Source: Naegleria gruberi (taxonomy: Eukaryota). From it: a stretch of 64,000 nt of DNA. A program made the position numbers and the translations under genes. This document shows, one piece after another, positions 19,434-30,800 of the stretch. How positions within the stretch are numbered: position 1 is the stretch's first letter; the number at the start of each line of letters is the position of its first letter. The stretch lies in the NCBI GenBank assembly GCA_000004985.1, contig GG738847.1. One strand, given 5' to 3'. Below the pieces are notes generated by a model. That model had not been told where the DNA came from. It ran no database searches and saw only the letters and a list, made by a program, of their open reading frames with translations.

Positions 19434-22400
19434 TCACATCCACATTTCCTTTACAAGTCTTGACATGCCTTTTTCAAATTCTAATAAGAATATTTCCTCT
19501 GGAGTTTTACCTTCGTATTCATTGACAATGATAGGCTGTGGTGGTTCTTCATGTGTAACATTTACAGGAGTAGTTGTCTCAGTAAGTGGGTCATCCTCAG
19601 AATCTTCATCATCAGAAAGTTCAATTACTCTTTGTTCAACAACTGAAGAATTAGCATTATGGCCCTGTTGTTGGGAGGAAGGTTCTGACTTCTTATTGTC
19701 AACTGGTTCTTGTGTTTTGTTTTTGGACTTCTTTGCATCTTGTTGCTGTTTTTTCTTATTCTTGCTCTTGGAACCTTTCTTATTCTTCTTATTTTTCTTC
19801 TTTGGGTCTTCCTTTGGTGCTGTTGGCTGATCTTCTTTCTTTGTGGAATCACCTCTCAACAAATGTGAAATATCCTTCACTATTAATGGTTCATTATAAA
19901 CATTCTTTTGTGGTTTAGGTGGAACAGTATTTGTTGGCTTTGGAGAAGTAATTTTCTTATCATCCACTTGTTGATTATTCTTGCCATTGGCAGATGTACC
20001 CTTCTTGTCTTGGGACATGCCGACGATTCCAATACCAAGTATACCATTCATCAATTTAGAATAAAAGTCCTCATTAAAATCATTTGGAAGTTCTCCCTTC
20101 TTTTTCATTTCCATAAATCTCATAGTTTCCTCCCTAATTATTTCTTCTCTACTATTTCCATTTGATGATGGTTGTTGTGGTGGTTTAATTGATTTGATAG
20201 GTTCTGTCTGGATTGGTTTTGGTGGTTCAGAAACATCATGCCTAGAATCTAAGAAATTCAAAATCTTAAACTTGGTAAATACAAATTCACTAATATTGTC
20301 ACCATAGTCATTCAAGGTGATGTAAAATGTCCTAGCTTTTGCACTGACATCTCTCAGTGCCTCAAATTTACTATTAAATATAATATCTGTTAAAATTTCT
20401 TCACCCTTGTTCTTTTCAAATCTCTTTCTTCCACTCTCAAATCCCAATAATCCAGTCATTGTATTAATTGAATTGTATTGAAGCTCAATCAAGCTCATGT
20501 CAATTCCTGGCTTTCCAAAGGGACTATTAGGATTGGGTACCTTTTTAATAATATCCAATAAAAGCTCCAAATATCCTTTTGATATCAGTGTATTATTCAC
20601 TTGTTCCGAAATTTGTTTTAGTAAGAGAGGTTTTCCCCAACATTCAGGATTTTGACAACTATTACCAATGGTAATAATGGCAAAATTTTTAGCTTCCACA
20701 TCAATAATTTGATGGGAAAGCTTATACAATGCAATTAGTGTCTTTTCATCAGAAACTATTGCTTCCTTGACATCAAAATTCTCCACTGAAAGGTATGCAT
20801 AACATTGGGCAATATATACAGCTTTGACAACTGGCATTCGTTGAACAGCCAATGATCTAGAGACTTGTAGTAATATTGGAGATAGAGCCACAAGTCCATT
20901 CATTTCATAAATAGTTCTGCTAATATCTGAAGAGCCTCCTCTTGCAATAGAAGCAAGAGCAGAAACAGAGGCATCCAAAAGGTCACATAATTGATGATCG
21001 CACTCTCCAATGTCAAGAATTATATAATCGATCAAGGAAAGTTGTTGAATGATTTGTCTTAGAGCATCGCCATCCTCATATTGCACAATTCTTCTCCTGA
21101 GTGAACAATCAGTATCCACACTACACAAATCAGTTACTGCTCTTGTTGAGAAGAGTTTCAATTCTTGATCATCCCACAAACACAGAGAATCCAATATACT
21201 ATCAATACCATTTAAAATTAGAGATCGTTCCTCCTCTTCCTTGAATATTTCCTCCAGAACACTCTTGTTTTCCTTCTTATTTTGTATGTCTATTTTATCA
21301 AAATCTTCTGACATGGCCCTAGAGCATTCATTTACTGCACTAGCAATATAATCTACGAGTAATACTGCGCCCATACTCCTACAATTTATATCAGTGGGAG
21401 ATGAGGCAAGACAATAAATGTCCAAAATATTTAATCCAAAATCATTCTCATCATTTACAAGATCTTCGTCGTAATCGGTAAAGTTTTCAGAATTTTGAAA
21501 TTCCATCTCATTGGATATTTCTTCCATTGAAGGTTTATAACCAAAAACTTCTGCACATTTTTTCTTCTCATACTCCACAATAGATTTAGCATAATAATCA
21601 CAATATTTACAAATATTAACTACTGATTGTTCCAAGGCATCCAAATCACTTTTGGTTTTGTTTTGTTTCTTTGACATTTCATTAATATGATATGATGTTC
21701 CATGTAGAGTTCTCAGGCTATCAAAAACATCCTCCTTACTTCCCAAAAGTAATGTAAAGTCAATATCACACTTGTGTGAATGTCTTCCATTATTATTTTG
21801 ATAATTTTTTTCCTGGGAATCCATTTGTGAATTGATACTGACTTGTTCTAAAAGTGCTGTGAAATTCATATATGCTTCCTTATATTTCTTCATGCATATA
21901 AGAGCATGTCCTTTAATTATATAAGCCTTTTATAATTATTTTGATGAATTTTAAATTGATTGAATAAATATGAATATTAAATATTAATATAATACTTACT
22001 GAATGATAGGAAGAATTTTGTCGCAGAACTGAATCACAATCCACAACTGCTTTAGAATATACATGATGTCCGATAAATGCTATGGCTCTCAAAATATACA
22101 ATGTAAAGGTACAAGGAGAAAGTGGAAGAGAACTTGAAGAACAAGAAATATCATGAAAGCCCAGAGATGAGTGTAAATCCTGCCTATGTTGGTCATCATC
22201 AAAAAGTGTTGATTCCAATATAAAAGGAGGTTCCTGTGTTTGACAATTTTGTAGATCATCCAAGACTCCTCCTTCTTCATCATCCTTCACTATGGTAACA
22301 TATAAATTTTGTTTCAAACCGAGAGAGGTTGTAAAACATCCTATAGCAATTTCATACTTTTGATGATGAAGAAATGAAATTCCTTTAGTGTAGCCTGCAA

Positions 22401-22716
22401 TTATCTTTTTCAATGCAAACTTTTTTCGTTGTTCAAATATTGTGTTTGGTGTGGAATTATCCATTATATTCTGTTGGTCCATATTATCTGTTGATGATGA
22501 CACTACTAGTGATGATGAAGTTTCTATCATTTCTCGAGAAGGTGATGATGAATTTGCCTTTTCATGTTTGGCATTACTATGATTTTGTTGTGTAGTATTA
22601 TTATTATTATTTGATGATGTACTATTCTTTCGTTTTGGTGTTTGCTTTTTCGATTTCTTCTTATTTGCATCACCTTTTTGTTTTGATGATGACTTGGAGT
22701 CGGAATTGGATGGCAT
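19434..22716 (-). CDS. TPR-like/armadillo-like protein of about 1080 aa. Exons 22000..22716 (ATG at 22716) and 19434..21926. Intron 21927..21999 (GTAAGT...AAG, 73 nt). The ORF track split it into two ORFs.
   Basis: The upstream ORF runs straight into a GTAAGT donor after ...RQNSSYHS. The acceptor restores the frame into AYIIKGHALICMKKYKEAYMNFTALLEQ, completing a TPR-like helix pair. The C-terminus is a K-rich basic tail. Confidence 0.68.
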
Positions 22717-22878
22717 TTTATGTATTTTTTATTCTTGATAACAAAAATTGATGAGGGAAGACATTGCTTTTTGATCTACGGCAATAAGATTGATAATTTA
22801 TTAGTGGTCTTTCATTACTTCATAAACTATATTATAAATTAATAATAATAGCCATTCAATAATTCTTTAAAAGAAAAA

Positions 22879-24276
22879 ATGAGTTTTGATGGTTTTGAAG
22901 AAATTGCAAGCACGTTGATTCAAGCCAATCACGTGAAACAAGCTTTGCAAGCTGTAAACAAACAGCAAAAGATGTACAAAACACTCCTCTCACAAAGACA
23001 ATTACCAAAGGAGGGATTTTCGGATCAACAGATTGAGTCCTTGCTTTCCTTCTTTGCATCAATGGATACGAATAATTATGAAAATCATATCGGAATTGGA
23101 GAAAGAGAAGGAAGAGTGTTTAGTAAATTGGTGGAAAAGAGACACTTCTACCTCAGTCATGGTATTGGAAGATCTGGAGAATTAACATCAAATCAACCAA
23201 AAGCAGCTGGATCCTCTATTATTTTACAGTTGTGTAACTATCTTGTCAATCATGCAATTCAATTAGCAGGATGTAAAAATGTAAAGAAATCAATTGTTGT
23301 GCCAATGTGTACAGGAATGACACTTGCCTTGTGTCTGAGATCCTTGGCCAACAGTTTGGAACAGCCCAATAAGAAGTATGTCATTTGGCCAAGAATAGAT
23401 CAACAATCTGTCCTCAAATCTATTGACACTGCTGGATTTACACCAATAGTCATTGAGAATGTTTTAAATGAGGATGGATCTATTGAGGCAAATCTACAAT
23501 CTATTGAAAGCAAGATACAACAAGTTGGAGCTGAAAATATTTTGTGTGTCTTGTCGACAACAAGTTGTTTTGCACCTCGAGTTCCAGATGATGTTTTTGA
23601 AATTGGAAAGATTTGTTTCAAGTATGGAATTGGACAAGTTGTAAATAATGCCTATGGAGTTCAATCAAAAATAATTATGGAGAGAATTAACAAGACAATT
23701 GCCAGTTCAAAATCAACCATTACTTGTTTCGTTCAGAGTACTGATAAGAACTTTATGGTACCTGTCGGAGGAGCTGTTGTTTCCAGTGGTAGTGATATCA
23801 CCTTTATTGATAAGGTGTCGAAAATATATGCAGGAAGAGCATCCATGACACCAATTCTTGACCTATTCATCACTCTTCTATCAATGGGTAAAGATGGATG
23901 GGAGAAGCTTCTCGCAGAACGAGAGGTGCTATTTCAACATTTTGTTTCTGAGATTGAATCCAAATTAACCAATACCCAATCTAAATTTTCCTTAATACGA
24001 GGCTCTTTACAGAGAAACCAAATTTCATTTGCTCTTTCCATTGATTTACCAAAGGAGGAGGCACTAAAGGTGGGCGTATCGCTTTTTTACAGAAATTGTA
24101 CTGGTCCTCGGGTAGTTCTGAAAGGTAGCTCAAAAACAGTACTCCCCCATCTTTCATTTGTTGGATATGGTTCTCATACTGATTCCTATCCTCATCATTA
24201 CATTACGCTTGCTTGCGCTATTGGTATTGAAAAGGAGGAAATTGAATCCTTCTTAACCTTGCTTAATAAAGTTTAA
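22879..24276 (+). CDS. SEPSECS: O-phosphoseryl-tRNA(Sec) selenium transferase (SepSecS, SLA/LP family), 465 aa, single exon
   Basis: GIGEREGRVFSKLVEKRHFYLSHGIGRSGELTSNQPKAAGSS, WPRIDQQS, STTSCFAPRVPD, VNNAYGVQS and the PLP-lysine context STDKNFMVPVGG align closely with SepSecS along the whole length. Confidence 0.9.
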   Translation: MSFDGFEEIASTLIQANHVKQALQAVNKQQKMYKTLLSQRQLPKEGFSDQQIESLLSFFASMDTNNYENHIGIGEREGRVFSKLVEKRHFYLSHGIGRSGELTSNQPKAAGSSIILQLCNYLVNHAIQLAGCKNVKKSIVVPMCTGMTLALCLRSLANSLEQPNKKYVIWPRIDQQSVLKSIDTAGFTPIVIENVLNEDGSIEANLQSIESKIQQVGAENILCVLSTTSCFAPRVPDDVFEIGKICFKYGIGQVVNNAYGVQSKIIMERINKTIASSKSTITCFVQSTDKNFMVPVGGAVVSSGSDITFIDKVSKIYAGRASMTPILDLFITLLSMGKDGWEKLLAEREVLFQHFVSEIESKLTNTQSKFSLIRGSLQRNQISFALSIDLPKEEALKVGVSLFYRNCTGPRVVLKGSSKTVLPHLSFVGYGSHTDSYPHHYITLACAIGIEKEEIESFLTLLNKV

Positions 24277-24520
24277 TCAAGACTACAATATATCTCACAT
24301 CATCCCGCGTACAGTAAGATACATCATTATACTACCGTAATAAATAAAATATTGGTCGGCCGAACTGCAATGATTGTTACCGGAATTTCTACCGGTCATC
24401 GCTCCTTCTATGTGTGACCATTCATGACATTGAGGGGTGTTGTGATGTTCACAAACAGACAAATCCTCAATGTTATTAAGGGCGGCGTAACTAGTTGAGA
24501 GATTCGTTGATAGGAAAAGA

Positions 24521-25030
24521 ATGTCTCAATGTTCTAGTGCTTCATCAGAGAGGTCGTTTGTTATTTCTTCTTCACTTTCAAATCATTGCCAAGCAAGACA
24601 AGAAGAATTTGAAGAAAATCTCGAAGAGAATACTATTATAAGCAATAGTGTAGATTTATTTTCTTCATCAACAACCTTATCAGCGAGCAGCAGAGATGAT
24701 GAGGATACTGATGATGACACTGAGAATGACTTGGATAACGATTCATCATCCACCACTGCTTCCAGTAGTATAGCAATTCCTTCTTCCCCCAAGAATTGTT
24801 ATCAAGATAATTTAATGGGTCCCTTCTCCTTCCCTCCCAAGACAAATATTCGTCATCATGAGCAACAACATCGTCATCGTCGTTCATTCATGAATGCTGC
24901 ATCAGACAATCGCAATACAACAATAACACACGCGTTGAATCATAGACCCTTCATCCACACACACAGAAACAGACCCTCTAGAATATTGGTATTTGATGAG
25001 TACAATAACGGAGATCAAGGGCAGGCTTAA
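24521..25030 (+). CDS. Hypothetical low-complexity acidic/Ser-rich protein (169 aa); may not be real
   Basis: ATG-initiated ORF with mixed codon usage and no recognisable domain. Confidence 0.3.
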   Translation: MSQCSSASSERSFVISSSLSNHCQARQEEFEENLEENTIISNSVDLFSSSTTLSASSRDDEDTDDDTENDLDNDSSSTTASSSIAIPSSPKNCYQDNLMGPFSFPPKTNIRHHEQQHRHRRSFMNAASDNRNTTITHALNHRPFIHTHRNRPSRILVFDEYNNGDQGQA

Positions 25031-25546
25031 TATCCAAAAATCTGTACTGACTCACCTTAATAAGATTCTCAATGGTAGCTTTAAAAATTTTGGAGATTTT
25101 CAGATTCTGACAAAATACTGATACTGATCAAGAATACCTTATTGAACAAATTGAGAAGCCAAATACAAGATTTGATTAAATCACATCTCTAATCAGATCC
25201 TGTTTATTAAATAAAAAAAACAATTTTGAATTAATTTACATTGATTGTTCTTGAATATTGTAAACATCTAGTTCACTGATAATGTTGAAATGATATTGAT
25301 CAATTTGGTTCAAGTAATTGGGTGTTGAGTTTCATGTTTTAGGATAACACTCATTAAAACTTCACTGCACCCATCAAAATTTATTATTTTTTAGTGTGAT
25401 GATGAATGGAAACTCGTCCATCATATCGATGTTGTCATCTAACTTCTGTCAGACATCACTATTCAAAAAAAAACCTCTCTTCACACCAACACCATCGATC
25501 AAGCAAAACTGTTCGATATTTACACAACACAAAATAATAATTCATC

Positions 25547-27836
25547 ATGTCTACCAAACGAGGAAAGGAAGCCATTCTCAAATTCTGTCAACGTGCCTGT
25601 CAAGAACGTGGCGTTGAAGTAAAGAATTTATCAACATCTTTTGCTGATGGTTTGGCATTTGCTGCCATCGTTGATAGTGTATGTATTGATTCTTTTAACA
25701 TTCCCTAACCTTCCTCTTTCACTTTTTTGTATTCTATATATGATTTAACTCTTTCTAACATTATAGCAAAGACCAGAACTCTTGACAAACATGGGTTTAA
25801 CTTTCAAGACCATCCAGGATGATTTTGGTCGTGTTGAAAGACTTCAATGGGCTTTCGATCAAGCAGAACAATTGGGCATTCCACGTCTATTGGATCCAGA
25901 AGATATCGATCCAGAAAAACCAGATGAAAGATCCATCATTACATATCTCTCGGCTGTTTATAAATTCTTTAAGGAAAATGCAGGATCAGGTGCTGCTTCT
26001 TCTGAACAACAAGCCTCCGAAACAACTTCTGCCGCCACTTCTCCAGAAGCTACTGCAGCAGAAACAACACCAATTGAACAACAATCAACTACAGAAGAAA
26101 ATGGCGCCACTTCTACTACTGAAGAGGCTGTGGTTGTAGAACCAACTGCTGCTACTGCTGAAGAGACACCAGCTGCTGTTGTAGAAGAGACACCAGTCGA
26201 ACCAACACCTTCACCAACAACTGAAGAGCAACCAACTGAAGAAACAACTCAACAACCAACTGAAGAAGCTACTGTCGTTGAAGCTGTTGTTGAGTCTGGA
26301 ACTAATGAACTTGTTGCTGAAAAGACTGAATTGACTGATGATGAAAAATTGATTTTACAAGATAATACTGAAGTTCATGTTGATGTTGTTACTCCACAAC
26401 CAAGTGTTGAAGAAACTTTCCCATCTTCTCTTTCCACAACTGCTAGTGCTGGAGGTGCTTCAATTGCTGAAGAGCAATCACTCTCAGAAACTAAATCAGA
26501 TAGCTCATCTGATTCTGAAGAAGAAGAATCTGTTCCTGTTGTTGATAAAAGATCACCACGTCGTGTTACTGAAAGAGTTGCAAGTGTTGTTTCTCAAGTT
26601 ACTGCAACAACTCCAACTAGAGATTGGTCCTTTGATGATTCTGATGATGAGGATAATTCATCTCGTGGTCGTAATACTGGATCTTCATTGGCTTCTCAAG
26701 AAAGAGTTAATGAATTGAGAGATAAGATTGAACAACTCAAGCAAAATGTCAAGCAAGAACAACTTGATAAGGAACGTCTCAAGAAGCGTGAAATGGAATT
26801 GGAAAATGAACTTCAAAAGTATTTGAATGATTTGAAACGTGCTCGTTCTGAAGTTGAAGAAGCCAAATTGCAAGGAAAGCAAGAAAAGGAGTTGGAATAC
26901 GAAGCTCGTCACAAGGTTGAAATTGAAAAGTCTAACCTTTACAATGAAAACAGAAAGTTGTTGGAAACTATTTCTGATTTGGAAAGACAAGTTAGAGAAA
27001 ACCAACAAGGTGAAAAGTCATTGAATAAGGATATTCAAAAATTGCAAAGAACTATTGAAAAACTTCAAGCTGAAAAGAACAGTGAAGTTGAAGACAAGCT
27101 CAGATTGGAAAATGACGTTTCTGATTTGAAGAGACAATTAACTACTGTTACTTCTCAATTCAAGACTTCCCAACAAGTTAGCTCAAATGCTGAACTAGAA
27201 TTACAATCATTGAAGAACTTCTTTGAAAAGGAAAAGAGAAACAGAAAGTTGCTCAACCAAGAAATTAAGGATCTCAAAGGTGAACGTGATGCATTGACCC
27301 TTGAATTGGAAGATGTTCGTGATGAAATTCACAAGTTTGAAATCCGTATCAAGGAAGTTGAAATGGAAAAGGAACAAGAAGCTAGAAAACTCAAAGTTGA
27401 ATTGGAAGAAAGAGTTAATATGGATAATCGTATGAAGCAAATCAGAAAGGACGTTACTGACATGAAGTACAAGGTTGAACAAGAAAGACAAAACGTTCTC
27501 ACTGTTGAAGCTCAAAAACGTAAGCTCGAAGAAGAACTTGCTCTTTCACACACCAAGTATGACCAATTACAACAAGAATTCTCTGCTATGAAGAGAGAAG
27601 TCAAGAAGGCCGAACGTGAAGTTCAAAAGGCTGAAAAGAGAGCTGACACTGAAGAACAACGTTCAAATGAATTGAAGGTTCAACAAAATCAATTGCGTGA
27701 TGAAATTCGTCAATGGAAAGAAAAGGTTACAAAGGCTGAATTCGAAACTGACAAGGTCAAGAGAGAAAAGGAAAGCCTTGAAAGAACTATCAGAGAATTA
27801 GAGTTGCAACTCTCATTCAAATCAAGCAGTTTTTAA
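25547..27836 (+). CDS. Calponin-homology (CH) domain protein with T/E/P-rich linker and long C-terminal coiled coil (733 aa). Exons 25547..25678 and 25767..27836. Intron 25679..25766 (GTATGT..TTCTAAC..TAG).
   Basis: AILKFCQRACQERGVEVKNLSTSFADGLAFAAIVDS|QRPELLTNMGLTF...ITYLSAVYKFF is a CH domain. The C-terminal 400 aa form heptad-rich E/K/L coiled coil. Confidence 0.8.
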
Positions 27837-27874
27837 ATTTGTAAATCATAAAATGAACCAATATTTTGGTAAAT

Positions 27875-30800
27875 TTATTGTTGTTCTTGATTAAGATTGA
27901 CTTGACGAGCTTGATTTTCATTGATAGAGTAAATATCTACCATTTGGAGTGGAATTGGATTAACTCTACGCTTTGATTCTTGTTCGGTTGGGACTACAAA
28001 TACGCTCTTCTTGCCTTCCTTTGGATCTTCTTTAATTTGAACCTTAATATAATATCCTCCATCCTTATGCTTAACAATATTTGCATGGTGAAGCATTGGA
28101 TCATCAGAAATTTGACCATTGTTAACATAAGGTTCTCTTGGAAGTTGACCAACAGGGAATCTCTCTGGTTTTGGTTTAATTTCACCTCTTGGATAAGCTC
28201 TATTATTTGCAGGTTCAACAGTTGGAGGATAATTTTTAAATGTTGCTTGATTATCACCCGGATATGGATTACTAACGTAATTTGTTCTTGAATCAATATA
28301 TGAAGCATTGTTTCTTGCCTCTGAATAACCATTATTTCTTGATTCTGAATAGGCATTATTTCTAGTTTCAACGTAAGAGTTGTTTACGCGCAAGTTATTA
28401 TTGGCTTGACTATTGGATTGGTATGAACTGCTTTGCATTTGAGTACTTGAAATCTTATTATTCATACCAATATTCAATGTGTTTGGAAGATCAGGTCTAA
28501 CAACAGGTTCTTGAGATCCATCATTAAAGTAAGTCTTATAAGTTGTTTCATAAATACCAACTGTTGAGGCTTTTCCATAGCCTGAATAATCAATTTCAGA
28601 ACTCACATTCTTCAATCTATTTTCAGCAACTTCATTTCTGGCAACATATGTGCTTGCAACTTTTGGTTTTTGATTTTCAACAACAATTGAAACTGGTCGA
28701 ACAATTTCCGGTTTTTGTGGTTGTTCATATACTGGAGGGTCAAATCTTGGAGGACTGATATAATCATTAACTGGAACAACTCTTGGAGGAGTTTCATAAG
28801 AGTTATTATTGGATTGAGCAAATTCATTTCTTTGTCTATTTTCAACAACTCTACTTTCAACAACAGTGGCCTTATTATTATTACTAATACCAACAAAATC
28901 GCCGTCAACTCTCCAAACAGGACCTGAACTGATTGGGAGAGGTTGTTCTTGAGTACCATCATTCTTATAATAGGTCTTGTAAGTTGTTTCATAGGTTCCT
29001 GTTGTTGATTTACCATAGTTAGAATGGTCAATTTCTGTAGAGGAATTCTTCATTCTGTTTTCATTCATAGCATTAACTGATTCAACTCTAAGGTTAAGAT
29101 TGGCTTGTCCTGTAACTATGTTATTTCTATCTTGGACAATTGATCTCTCATTGTAATAGACAATGTCGTTCTTCTTATTGTTATCAACTACGTATGAAGA
29201 ATCTGTTTGATTATTATAGCTGGAAAGTTGAGATTGTTCATGCATGTATTTTTCTTGCATTCTGTACGCATCTCTATTTTCAACATATTCTTCATTAATA
29301 TAAGAATCATTGACAACTCTTTCAGGAATTGGTTGAGGGATTGGTTGAGAAACGACTTGCTGTGTCATAATTGGCTTTGGAATTACAGGAACAATTGGTT
29401 GATGAATGACTGGTTGCGAGTTTGTTTGTGGAGGAGGAACTGAAGATCTATTAACAACTTCAGTAACTCTTGCTGCTTGGTCAGTGTTAACATAGTTCGA
29501 TGAATTGTTATGAACAACTTTTTCGTAGTATCCTTCATGTTGATCATTCATGTCAGTCATTGAAGATTGGTTATGGATAACAGACTTTTCAATATTGACA
29601 CGTCCATTATCATTAACAGTTTTAACAATTTCAGATCTGGAGCCATTATTATCTGTAACAGTTGTCTTGACTGTTTCATAGGAACTGTAATTGTTGTTTT
29701 GTCCACTCTTATTATTGACAACTTGTTCTGTTTCAACAGTTTTAGTTTCCAACTTGACAGCAGTGGTATTAGCACCCTTTGTTATATCAATATTTCTATC
29801 ATTAGAGCTCTTATTAACAACAGTCTTGGTTTCAGACTTAGTTTCAGTTGATTCAACGGACTTTCTATTTTGGTTTGCATTTTCTGGAGGTGTTCTCTTA
29901 ACCTTTTTAGCTTCGGTCTTCTTCTTGGCTTCGGTCTTACTCTTGGCTTCAATCCTACTCTTAACTTCATTCTTAGAATTAGAAGCAACCTTTTGCAAAA
30001 CGTGTTTACTTTCTTCTGTCTTTGGGGATGGCTTCTTAATTAATTGAGGTTCAGATTTAGTCTTCTTAGTTTCAGGAGCTGAAATACTTCTACTTGGGTT
30101 TGCCATTTTAACTGGTTTAGCTTCTTGTCTTTTAACAATCTTCCCAGGTGGTGAACCATTTCTTGCTCTATTGTTTACTGCCTTTACAATTCTTTCATTT
30201 GCTTGCATTCTTTCTTGATTAACATCTTTTTGTTGTTGAAGGAGGTTATTTTTTGATTTACGTTCATAAAAATTGATTTTTCCATTATTATTATTCTTAG
30301 CTTGTTCATTCTTGTTGTGGTAGTGTGTCTTTGTTTCAGTTGTAATTTTGCCATTATCATTAATTTCAATTGTGATTTCAGTTCTAGTACCTCGCTCATC
30401 AGTGATAGTTCTCCTTGTTTCCTTCTTTATAATGTTATGTTCAGAGAATTGATTATTCTTTGAACGATTATTGACAACTGCTTCTTGGTTGTTGTAACTC
30501 TCGTCATAATCTTCAGAACGTTCAACATTAGTTCTTTTTCCATTCACCAATGTACTCTTTTCAACATTAACCTTTCCATTATTATTCACACCCTTAACTA
30601 TTTCTGTTCTTGTTCCATTTTCATCTGTAACTGTACGCTTTGTTTCATAAGTGCTGTAGTTGGAAGATTCTGAATCATTCTTCTTGGCTTTCTTTTCCAC
30701 CACATAATTTTCTTCCTGTTGGTTATTCTTTGATTGGACCTTAATAGGTTTCTTTGGTTTTGGTGGAATGAATTGTGGTTTTTGTTTGACAACCTTTTCT

